A stretch of DNA of 64,000 nt from Eledone cirrhosa. Lineage: Eukaryota. Of this stretch, positions 42,665-54,059 are shown piece after piece. The position numbers were made by a program, and so were the translations under genes. The stretch lies in NCBI GenBank assembly GCA_964016885.1, contig OZ024742.1, positions 133,052,001 through 133,116,000 on the forward strand, read 5' to 3'. Numbering within the stretch: position 1 is the stretch's first letter; each line of letters starts with the position of its first letter. Under the pieces are notes generated by a model. That model was given only the letters and a program-made list of their open reading frames with translations. It was not told the origin of the DNA and searched no databases.

Positions 42665-43260
42665 GTTGGTGCTACTGGTAACATGTATCCCAGTACAACC
42701 TGTCTCATGGTCGGGTCGTTGGCGACTAAACTGGCAACCCCACCAAGGTTTCTTGGTGAGGAGGGTGACTTTGGACATCCTGCAGGACTAAAAACAAAAC
42801 CTGTCAAAGGGCAAAGGAGCTCTTAAGAGTCAATGGCCATCCAAAATCACTGGGAGAGATGACCCCTTAGCCTTTGTCAAGGCAGAATTCTAGGAGAAGG
42901 AAAACTCTGATATAACACCTGCAACCCTGATGGTATCCAATGATGTTGACTTGTTCTTCTTTTTGGTAAATATCATCTTGGTTAAGAGAGTGGGACTGGC
43001 TTTGTGCAGTGCCTTTGCTCACTATAAAAGCTTCACGGCACAGGCATTGCTTTGTATCTGGAGATCTCTCTGTACTTGTCGTCACATGGTACCAAAGGTA
43101 AAGCACTATGTGTCAATAATTGTCACAAGTGTAGTGTTTGTACCAGAGTTTTCAAGTCGCTGGCTGGACTAAAAAGTCACACTCGTTCAGCGCATCGGTA
43201 GGGGTTCTCCTACATGGATATAAAGTAGTGGCCGTACTCGAAAACGAGTTGGCAGCCACC
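42665..43260 (+). mobile_element. Internally deleted RTE-derived non-autonomous element
   Basis: RTE-like 5' UTR motifs (taaactggcaaccc, ctaggagaaggaaaactctga), then terminal C2H2 finger [23 protein letters not shown] (43130-43201) and a short 3' UTR. Flanked by (TA)n. Confidence 0.6.
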
Positions 43261-43281
43261 ATATCTATATATATCTATATA

Positions 43282-43320
<39 letters not shown>

Positions 43321-43375
43321 AATATATATATATACATATATATTATAAATATATATATATATATATATGTATATA

Positions 43376-43423
<48 letters not shown>

Positions 43424-44084
43424 GTGTGTGTGTGTGTGTGTATGTATATATATGTATGTATATATATGCATATATATGCATATATATATATATTTATACA
43501 TATGTATATATTTATATATATGTATATATACACACATATAAATATATATTTATAAATATATATATACACACACACATAAACGCATATATATATATATATA
43601 TAACGTGTTTATGTATGTGTTTTATGGAGATATATCTAGAGAGAGAGGGGGGGGGGGAGTCATCGTGGAAGCTTATTATTTGCTATCTATATATCTGCCT
43701 GAACATGCATCACCAGATTAACATACACATCGACGCAAACATCCTAATAGAATTAACAGCGAAAACATAAAAATAACTACAAACAAAGAAATGACGCACG
43801 AAATAGTGATATAAGAAAAAATCTGATGCCCTAATCAATGGTGTAATTCGCAATGAATTACCTAAATTGCTATTCGACATCAATTTCAGCAACATATTTA
43901 GCTAAAAGAACGGAGATTATTGTATTTCATTATATCCTGGGATTAGAAAAATAGCATCTTTTTTTTTTCCTATTTATTATGTATATTTTCCTACATGTGT
44001 TCCATGTTTAAACAAAAACCAAAAGAAAGAAAATACATTGATTGTTCATATATTTTGATAGTTCTAGAAAACAACTTAATAATT

Positions 44085-44210
44085 GTTTTATATTTGGCAC
44101 AAGGCCAGCAATCACGCCAATGTATTACTGCTACATTATTTTATCGACCACGTAAGGATGAAAGGCAAAGTTAACATCGGCGGGACCGTAAAGGGCTGTA
44201 ACTCTATGCT
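44085..44210 (-). mobile_element. Family A SINE, deleted and diverged
   Basis: ttttatcgaccacgtaaggatgaaaggcaaagttaac core. Confidence 0.75.
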
Positions 44211-44304
44211 GAAAATTAATAATGTTGTTTATCCTATGTATGAACAGAAACACATATTCACACACACAAACTCACGTAAACATATATACACACATACATA
44301 TTAA

Positions 44305-44519
44305 AGGATCGATCGACTTTCGTCAAATCGGACCGAGGAAACAATGTTTTCATTGGTCCTTCCAATTGATAATACCATCTATCGGTCACAATTCCAGATA
44401 GAAGGAGCAACGTGAATTAAAGTGTCTTATTCAAAGACATAACGCATCACCCGGTCCAGAAATCGAACTCACAACCTCAAGATTGTGAATCCAATTATCT
44501 AACTACTCAGCCACACGCC
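44305..44519 (-). mobile_element. tRNA-derived SINE, family B
   Basis: Reverse complement ggcgtgtggctgagtagttag..gagttcgattt..acactttaattcacgttgctcc matches 1192-1310. Confidence 0.7.
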
Positions 44520-44611
44520 TATTACTATATATGTATATATATATATATGTGTGTATATATATATATATATTTATATATATATAAGTATATATATATTTGT
44601 GTATATATATT

Positions 44612-44836
<225 letters not shown>

Positions 44837-44984
44837 CATTTAAGCAATACTCCAACCGGCTTCCGTCTCACTCAACAAAGATTAGGATATACCTTAGTAT
44901 AATCCCAATTTTACGTTTGGGGTGCTAACTATATGTATTTTGCGGAAAGTCAGTTGTATTATTTTATATGAGACATAATTAAAA

Positions 44985-45500
44985 TATACATCACTAAAGG
45001 ACTTAAACACCAGCTTCTCCGCGCACTGGGATATTGTCGGCAGGGATGCACCGTACAACTTCAAGAGGAAATGCGGTCTTTGCCAAATGGACCTCTACCA
45101 CATCATAACTGCACCCCACGAGCACATCAACAGCAGAGCTGAAACAGCGATAAGTTGTACACAAAGCTTAAAAATATCATTCTTCAGATGGATTAAGGAT
45201 AAGGAGTGAAACCGTGCACCGGGTCTCCCTGCAACAAGTCTTAATACCCCGGCGGACAGGCGCTGCAAAATAACACCCAGGAAACTATCCTTGCATACCA
45301 GACCAGGCTTCAAACGACTCAGACAAACAGATGCGGCAAAAAAACTCTCAAAATAAGCGTTAATTACATGCGTATCGACAATGGTAAGGTTGTAACCTCA
45401 TCTCGTAGCAGATAACAAATTTGTCCGGGAAAGACTGCCCTAACCCCGACCAGAGTTACCTCCATTGACCTGCTGCAAAATCAAAACAAGCTATTTTTGC
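44985..45500 (+). mobile_element. Penelope-like element 3' fragment (endonuclease C-terminus plus UTR)
   Basis: WDIVGRDAPYNFKRKCGLCQMDLYHIITAPHEHINSRAETAISC fits the PLE pattern W.I...A.Y....C.LC..E...I....N.R.E....C. Confidence 0.65.
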
Positions 45501-45504
45501 GAGC

Positions 45505-45950
45505 AATTTCGTTTCATTTTTTCCGTTTATCGTTTTCGGTGCACCCGGCCGATTAACCCACTCGATATGCAAATTGGGCTACTGAGCCGTTAATATGCAT
45601 AAGGTAAGAATATACGTTCAATAATCTTGCAGGAAGGTATACGTTGCTGACGATAGCTGATAAGCTTGAAACAAGTACAGCGTTCCTTTGTCAGTGTTGA
45701 ACAAACGGGCAACGATGGTTGCTAGACACTATGGCTTAATACGGGATGTTTGTTTACAAACACACCGAGCATTACAATAAATGTTCAGCGAATCCATACG
45801 TACATATATATATGCGTGCATGTGTGTATATATATATATACATACTACTGTATGTCTGTATGCATAGATGTATGTACGTGTACATACTTATATTTAAGTA
45901 ACACCCGTACTAAGAGTGGGAAATGAAATTTCGTTTCATTTTGTACGTTT
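45505..45950 (+). mobile_element. R1 repeat, one full monomer with terminal redundancy
   Basis: Begins and ends with aatttcgtttcatttt. Confidence 0.88.
45641..45683 (+). ncRNA. R1 type I hammerhead (GUA)
   Basis: acgttg-CTGACGA-t agct gata agct t-GAAAC-aa-GTA|cagcgt. Confidence 0.82.
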
Positions 45951-45963
45951 ATATATATATATG

Positions 45964-46081
<118 letters not shown>

Positions 46082-46184
46082 CATATATAGATATATAGAT
46101 ATAGATATATTTTACTCTTTTACCTGTTTCAGTCATCCGGCTGAAGCCATGCTGGTGCACCGCCGTTGTTGCTACACATTTTAT

Positions 46185-46418
46185 CTCCAGCCTGTATAGG
46201 TTGGCCACTGGTGTAAGAGGGAGTTTGTTGCTGCTGCCATTAGGTTCCCCTCGTGCCTTGCTGTGGGCTCATCCGGGATTCTGGATAACAAGGTGTCGAG
46301 ATATTTCTTGAAGACATCCACCTCCACGTCATGCAAATCTCTCAGATCGCTCGGTACCTTGTTGATCAGTTGAGGGCCCTTGAATCCCTGGCTATTGCAA
46401 TACCTGCACCTTATTCTA
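46185..46418 (-). mobile_element. CR1-like LINE 3' end fragment
   Basis: [50 protein letters not shown]. Confidence 0.8.
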
Positions 46419-46422
46419 TATG

Positions 46423-46456
<34 letters not shown>

Positions 46457-46469
46457 TATACATATGTAC

Positions 46470-46508
<39 letters not shown>

Positions 46509-46516
46509 TATACATA

Positions 46517-46570
<54 letters not shown>

Positions 46571-46578
46571 TATACATA

Positions 46579-46617
<39 letters not shown>

Positions 46618-46619
46618 AT

Positions 46620-46700
<81 letters not shown>

Positions 46701-46712
46701 CGCACACATATA

Positions 46713-46749
<37 letters not shown>

Positions 46750-46779
46750 ATATATATATACATATATATATATATAGAC

Positions 46780-46857
<78 letters not shown>

Positions 46858-46860
46858 GTA

Positions 46861-46894
<34 letters not shown>

Positions 46895-46903
46895 CATATA
46901 TAC

Positions 46904-46935
<32 letters not shown>

Positions 46936-46936
46936 G

Positions 46937-46971
<35 letters not shown>

Positions 46972-46972
46972 T

Positions 46973-47047
<75 letters not shown>

Positions 47048-47049
<2 letters not shown>

Positions 47050-47525
47050 TGTTATACTTTGGGAGGGTCATGTTGCCAATAAGAAACACACGCACCAGAT
47101 TCTGTCACTCTAATTTATTATAAATTGAATTTATAAATTTAAGAATTTATAAACTTCAGGTTTGTTGGTTCGTTGGTTCCACAGCTGGACGGTTGTTGAT
47201 ATATTGTCAAAGTTCTTTCGTCACAGATCCGTGACCTCGTCTGTGACTGGGACTCTTTTCTTTGTGTTGTGCCACTCCTTTGATGGCGTAGGACAGAACT
47301 AAGAATAGGCACAAAACAAAGAAAATAATCCCCTATCACTGAAGAGGTCACATAATGTGTGATGAAAGAACTTTGACAATATATGAACAACAGTTTTAAA
47401 TTCTTAAATTTATAAATATAATTTATAATAAATTGGAGTGAAAGCAACTGGTGCATGTGTTTATTATTGGAAACATGACCCTCCCAAAGTATAACAATAA
47501 GGGTTTCAACACACTTTTTCAGATA
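47048..47525. repeat. pLTR-like fold-back (47048-47152 / 47394-47498), related to the elements at 4700 and 18305
   Basis: attgttatactttgggagggtcat and its reverse complement. Confidence 0.75.
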
Positions 47526-47553
47526 AAGAATCTTGCTAAACAAATTCAGAAAC

Positions 47554-47635
<82 letters not shown>

Positions 47636-47778
47636 TGCACACACATTTATATATGTACGTATGGGTTTATCGAACATTTATTATAATGTTCGGTTTGTTT
47701 GTAAACAAACAGCCCGAATTATTAGCCGTACAGTGTTCGGCAACCATCGCTGCCCTATTTGTTCAACACGGACAAAGG

Positions 47779-47822
47779 ACTGATGGACTAGTTTCTAGCT
47801 TATTAACTGTCGTCAGCACCGT
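47779..47822 (-). ncRNA. R1 type I hammerhead (GUC)
   Basis: Reverse complement reads acggtg-CTGACGA-c agtt aata agct a-GAAAC-ta-GTC|catcagt. Confidence 0.75.
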
Positions 47823-48212
47823 ATACCTTCCTGTCAGCTGATTGAACGTTTGACAGTATATACTTTCCTTATGTATATTAACGGCTGAGCAGCGTAATGT
47901 GCATATCGAGTGAGTTATTTGGCCTCGCTTACTGAAAACAATAAATGGAAAAGATGAAATTTAATTTCTCAATTTAGTACGGCTGATACTTAACTGTAAT
48001 ATGTATACGCATATACATATATGTATACAGACTACAGTAGTATGTATATATATACATACATGCACACACATATATATATATATATATGTACGTATGGATA
48101 TACCGAACATTTTTTATAATGCTAGGTTTGTTTTTAAACAAACAACCCGAATTATTACCCGTACCGTGTTCGTCAACCATCGCTGCCCTATTTGTTCAAC
48201 ACTGACAAAGGA

Positions 48213-48255
48213 ACGATGAACTAGTTTCCAGCTTATTTGCTGTCAACAGCACCGT
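48213..48255 (-). ncRNA. R1 hammerhead with mutated core (CTGTTGA, GUU)
   Basis: Stems are intact (cagc/gctg, acggtg/catcgt) but A6 is lost. Confidence 0.5.
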
Positions 48256-48319
48256 ATACCTTCCTGACAGTTGATTGAACGTTTGAAAATATATACTTTC
48301 CCTATGCATATACATATAT

Positions 48320-48814
48320 ACGGCGTGCCACGGCTTGAGATCGGTGTGGAAGTCAGACCTTCGTAAAGACCTGAAAATCCGCCTCCTTATTGCTGTAGTG
48401 GAGTGTCCTGCTGTACGGGTCTAAGACTGGGATACTGACCAAGAAACTCACTCAGATGGTGGATGGGTGCTACACGAGAATTTTGAGGATGGCTCTGAAC
48501 ATTAGTCCGTATACACTGAGGATGAAAACCTCAGAGCTGTATGGGAGCCTCCCAAAAGTTAGCTCAAAATGACACAGGGGGCTCTGAGGTTAACTGGACA
48601 TGCTCACCGGCATCCAGAGTTGACATTGCACTCAGTTCTCCTGTGGGAGTCCCTACATGGACACACTGGAAGAGGAAGACCAAGGTTAACGTATGTTGAT
48701 GCCCTAATGACAGACACTGGTCTGTTGGAGATGCAGGAAATGGCAGTGATAATGAGGGACAGAGATCGCTGGAGAGAACTGGTCGCATGCATCTCGGGAA
48801 TTTTACCCGTCCTA

Positions 48815-48815
<1 letters not shown>
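48320..48815 (+). mobile_element. RTE-clade LINE 3' fragment
   Basis: [63 protein letters not shown]. Confidence 0.85.
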
Positions 48816-48911
<96 letters not shown>

Positions 48912-48926
48912 TACACACGCACACAC

Positions 48927-48961
<35 letters not shown>

Positions 48962-49170
48962 AAGGATAACAAAATATCGTTAAACGTAATCCAATTAGAG
49001 TTTGTGAATACTTCTTATTATGGATAGATTTAGCGTACGGCGTTGCTTGACTCAACAAGATGACAAGTTTATGATTTCACTTTTATTCCTATGTAAGTTT
49101 ATCTTGGAGTAATAACATTGAAAAAGTGGAGAATAACATGGTCAACAGTACAAAAAAGGGTATTCATTTG

Positions 49171-49280
49171 CAGTCTAACACTTGTTTCACTGATAGAGTT
49201 GTCTAAAAATCGCTGAACACTAAAAACAGTGCCACTCAATTTTAAATACGATGTTAACTCTACTAGATCATCGGAAACTG
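49171..49280 (-). ncRNA. Hammerhead-like motif, U4C core variant (GUU), long stem II
   Basis: Reverse complement reads cagttt-CCGATGA-t ct agtagagtt..aactctatc ag t-GAAAC-aagt-GTT|agactg. Confidence 0.6.
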
Positions 49281-49521
49281 TTCAAAACATATATATGTAA
49301 CCGGCAAATTTACAAATTCAAATTACATATTCAATAATAATATTAATAATAAAGATATAGAGAGAAAATGAGGAAGAAAAGGCGATAGATACAGTAAAGA
49401 AAGAAAGGAATGGAAGGAAAAAGAAGAAGAATGAAAAAGGAAAAAAAAGAAAAAGAGGAAGAAGAAGAAAAGGAGAAATTATTGTAGATAAAATTATAAA
49501 GAGAGGAATATATATAGAAGA

Positions 49522-50279
49522 CTAGCAGAATGGCCCGGCGTTGCTCGGGATTTGCTCTAGGGTTCTTATATATTTGATATATATTTATCCTTATTGAGCC
49601 TAGTAAAATAAATACGTTTATTTATATTTTGTTATTGTGTATGCAAACATATCTGTACACGAATATATAATTATATATATATCTATATATCTAAAACAGA
49701 GAATGTCTGTCTGTCCATCAGCTCACTAAAATTTGAGAACCACTCAACCGATTGTTTTCAAAGTTTACACATGTAATACGTATGGCCTGTGGGTGTTTTG
49801 AGCAAAAAATATTTCAAATGTTCAATGCCCTAGGGACCGCATTAGGCGATTTACCGATCTCTCTCTATAATTCTTAATATTTCTGTTTAGATAGATACAT
49901 AGATATAACGTTGCGCCCTTATAATATCTGTAGGTATGCTGACTGTCTGCATTACGTCATTATGACGCGATCAGTGTGTGTGTGTGTATATATATATATG
50001 TATCGTAATGCAGACAGCAAGACAAACACACAGATAACATAAGGGCGCAACGTTATATCTACGTATCTATCTAAAAAGAAAGACTGAGAATTATAGAGAT
50101 AGATTTCTAAATCGCCGAAAGGTCTCTAGGGCTTTGAAAATTCGTAATATATTTCACTCAACAGACTTCCGGGGCCATACGGGTTACATGTGTAAAGTTT
50201 GAAAAAAAATGGTGGGGTACTTCTCGAGTTTTAGGGAAACAGACACACAGACATACATCCTCTGTTTTATATATATAGA
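49522..50279 (-). mobile_element. Non-autonomous Helitron with an internal inverted copy of a related 5' end
   Basis: Reverse-complement 5' end TCTATATATATAAAACAGAG at 50279, hairpin cccgagcaacgccggg, CTAG|T at 49522. A second 5' end lies on + at 49682. Same family as 6706-7296. Confidence 0.75.
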
Positions 50280-50699
50280 TGATGGTGTATGTATGAGAGA
50301 CAAACGTAAATAAGTATAAACGTATGATAGAGAGAAGAGAAGAAGGATAGCGGGACAAACGTTAATGCATGAATGAATGTATATAAAAATAAAAATAGAT
50401 ATATAAAAAATATATATATGAAAAAATGGTTAACATATGATAATGTTAAATATATTTATGTGTGTATTGATTATTTTAATAAATAAATAAATTAATTAGT
50501 TTTAAGTTATATTATATGATACAATAGAATTACAGAGATGAGGTAACTTTAGGGAGAGAGATATTATGATAAAGAGTGAAAATATATATATATATAAAAT
50601 AAGAATGTAATTATAAGAGGTTTTGATGTTGTTCTTTGATAGATGATGACAATTATATTTATAATTATAATTATAATGATGATAATGTTGATAATGTGA

Positions 50700-52025
50700 T
50701 ATCATAATAGATCCAAGTGATACAATCTGGGTTATGGAATAGATAAGATGGAATTAAGCTGGTCTAAAGTTCTCAAATTTAGTTGCCGATTTATGTCGAC
50801 AAAAAATCTTTTTTTTCAATTTTACTGTTAAGAAGAATCTTGTAATTTAAAATTTGAAAGAGTTCCATATTACAGAGACCACAGTGGGACATACCAATTT
50901 GATAGGCCTTTGCTTTTGATAGACTTGTCCAGCTGATTTTATATTACATGTTTGCATCTTTAAGTTGCTGAGAGTCGGGAGAGATATTGGCGAGTATTGG
51001 CGAGAGTCGTTGTCTTTGAGAGATTCATGTTAGTCATAGAGTGTCTATGTACGTACCACCTTTTCTTAAACTCCCCAGCTGTGGAACCAATGTCATGCCA
51101 TGCTAAGCTACCCGAATTTATAGTACATAGCTATACTATATTTGTCTCTAGGCATCTGTTTTGTAAAGGGCATTTGACAGGTAGGTGACAGTTACATTTA
51201 GATGCTTTTCTATACGCCGGTTCTTCTATGTGGTTTTGTTGGTTGCTGTGTATGGGCTGAGAATTGGGTTTGTTGATGTATTGTGGTGATGTGCTCTGAC
51301 GTGTGTTTGGTTCAGATGATGTTATATGCTTATGTTTTGTATTTGATGTTTTGGTACTTATTTGTGGGCTACTTGTATTATAAATTCTTTTATAGTTACT
51401 TTTATGTATGTGCGATTCTATGTAGTTGGCAGTGGAGTATGATAGTTTGATAGTTTTTCTATTAAAGATTTTATGATATTTATGAATTTTAGGGAAATGT
51501 TTGTCAACTAATTTGAAGAAAGTGTAAGGTAGCTTAGTTTTTATATAGGAGTTAAACGTTGGATTGAACCATAAGTAGGTTCTATTTCTGCATCTTCTAT
51601 AGTTATTAGTGGTCTTTGTATTAGTATTCTGTTCCATTAATTGACGTGCTTGTTGCCAATTTTTATTTTTAGTCCTAGATTTGGTGTTTCTTTAGGTGTG
51701 GATGGTGCCATTAATATTAAGTATGTTGTTATTTTTTGTATATTGGTATGTGTTTGAGTCTCTCTTTATGGCCTGCCATAAGTAAAGCTATGTTGTAGTA
51801 ATTATCGTGTACATAAACAAATTCTATGTTAGAAGATAGGCGCGATATTCTAAGGGATATACTATGCGCTATGAAGTTAATTATGGATCGAGGGTGATTA
51901 GAGTTATAATCAATGTAAAATTGATTGGCACTGTTTGTAGTGTTGAGCAATTTTTAGACAACTCCATCAGTAAAACAATTGTTAGACTGCAAATAAATCC
52001 ACTTTTTGTTCTGTTGACCACGTTA
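50700..52025 (-). mobile_element. Penelope-like retroelement fragment (RT thumb, linker, GIY-YIG) with inverted pLTR piece
   Basis: YIDYNSNHPRSII..RISRLSSN..YYNIAL; LWFNPTFN..KLVDKHFP..HKIFNRKTIKLSYS; CNC..CPLQNRCLETNIV. Confidence 0.9.
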
Positions 52026-52094
52026 TTCTCCACGTTTTTGATTATATATATATATATAATTATATATTTATATGTATATATATATATAATTATA

Positions 52095-52140
<46 letters not shown>

Positions 52141-52579
52141 AATATAATTAATAATAATATATACCATACCCAAACTCCTTCTTTACTCCTCGACTACGTA
52201 GTTTCGTGTCATATTATGCAAAAACACTACGTCACAGAGATATAGAATTCTTGTGAGGTCTGCCGACTTATCAAGAGGATACCTCATTAGGAGTTTCAAA
52301 ACACGTCCGTAGGCCGCGAGATAGAATCCCGAAAGGCGGCGGCGGAGTCAATCACGTGATACAGCGGTCAAGAAACAAAGCTAAGCCTCTTATAACCATG
52401 AAAAAAATATCACAGGGGCAGAGGGGATATTTATATCAAAGCCGTAGAAGAGGTGGCTAAGATGGCGAGAATTATGAGTAATGATAGCATTCCAGCAGTC
52501 ACTACACTTCAAAGGTTACTCTACCAAAGGGAGTTATAAACAATATATAGAAACACACAGATACATGCGGACATAACTA

Positions 52580-52679
<100 letters not shown>

Positions 52680-52864
52680 ATAAAGTATATATATCCCTAC
52701 ACGCACAAAGCGCTCAGGGAAACATGTATTGTCCAACGATATGCCAATGTGGTCCAATGGCAGGTTAATAAATTAACGAGCCAGAACATATATAATCAAA
52801 GTTTATCAAATAAGAATATGTTTCAAAATAAATTTTAAAAAATTAACTTTACTCACTATGGTCA

Positions 52865-52948
52865 CCTTTACCGAATCGGTTTCGAGTCTCAAAAATAAAC
52901 GGACAGTCCTTACGGCATCCGTTGCAAGGATAAACTCTCGTCAGAAGG
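52865..52948 (-). ncRNA. R2 type I hammerhead (GUA)
   Basis: Mirror of 53834-53917. Confidence 0.85.
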
Positions 52949-53833
52949 ATCTTTTGACTCGGAGAATATAAAATTCGGTAAAGGTAACCATAGTGAGTAA
53001 AGTTCATTTTTTTTTATTTATTTTGAAACTTTTTCTTATTTGCTAAATTTTGATTATATATGTTCTGGCTCGTTAATTTATTAACCTGCCATTGAACCAC
53101 GTTGGCATTTTGGTTGGATAATACATGTTTCCCTGAGCTAGTTATTGTGGTAGTAAACTGACCTCCCTGCCTTTGCTTCTATCTTTACACACGGCACTTG
53201 AAGGAATTGCCCCCACATCATTTATTCTCATCTGGGGAAAAATTTTGAATAGCGCCAGTTCGTAATTTGAACTCGAGAATTTGATATTCTCCGAGTGAAA
53301 AGATCCATCTGACGAGAGTTTATCTTTGCAACGGATGCCGTATGTACTGTCCGTTTATTTTTGAGACTCGAAAGTTTCAAAATAAATTTTAAAAAATTAA
53401 CTTTACTCAGTATGGTTACCTTTACCGAATCGGTAAAGGTAACCATAGTGAGTAAAGTTAATTTTTTAAAATTTATTTTGAAACTTTTTCTTATTTGCTA
53501 AACCTTGATTATATATGTTCTGGCTCGTTAATTTATTAACCTGCCATTGAACCACATTGGCATATGGTTGGACAAGACATGTTTCCCTGAGCGCTTTGTG
53601 CGTGTAGGGATATATATACTTTATTATTATACTCCTCTATGTCGAGAAAAAAATTTGGTCGTTCTGACTGCTGCTAGTTATTGTGGTAGTAAACCCTGCC
53701 TTTGCTTCTATCTTTACACACGGCACTTGAAGCAATTGCTCCCACATCATTTATTCTCATCTCGGGAAGAATTTTGAAATGCGCCAGTTCGTAGTTTGAA
53801 CTCGGGAATTTTATAATCTCCGAGTGAAAAGAT

Positions 53834-53917
53834 CCTTCTGACGAGAGTTTATCTTTGTAACGGATGCCATAAGGAGTGTCCGTTTATTTTTGAGACTCGA
53901 AACCGATTCGGTAAAGG
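53834..53917 (+). ncRNA. R2 type I hammerhead (GUA)
   Basis: cctt-CTGACGA-gagttt..aacggatg/tgtccgtt..agactc-GAAAC-cg att cg-GTA|aagg. Confidence 0.85.
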
Positions 53918-53985
53918 TAACCATAGTGAGTAAAGTTAATTTTTTAAAATTTATTTTGAAACTTTTTCTTATTTGCTAAACCTTG

Positions 53986-54046
<61 letters not shown>

Positions 54047-54059
54047 CTTTGACTTTTAT

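Larger units (their letters stand above)
47630..48310 (-). mobile_element. R1 tandem repeat with two HHRs 433 bp apart
   Basis: gtttc (the reverse complement of GAAAC) at 47791 and 48224. Confidence 0.88.
52680..53990. mobile_element. Tandem/inverted ~480-bp hammerhead repeat (candidate retrozyme or pLTR family R2)
   Basis: tcggtaaaggtaaccatagtgagtaaag at about 52975, 53430 and 53908. 52680-52976 is an inverted copy. Confidence 0.88.
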
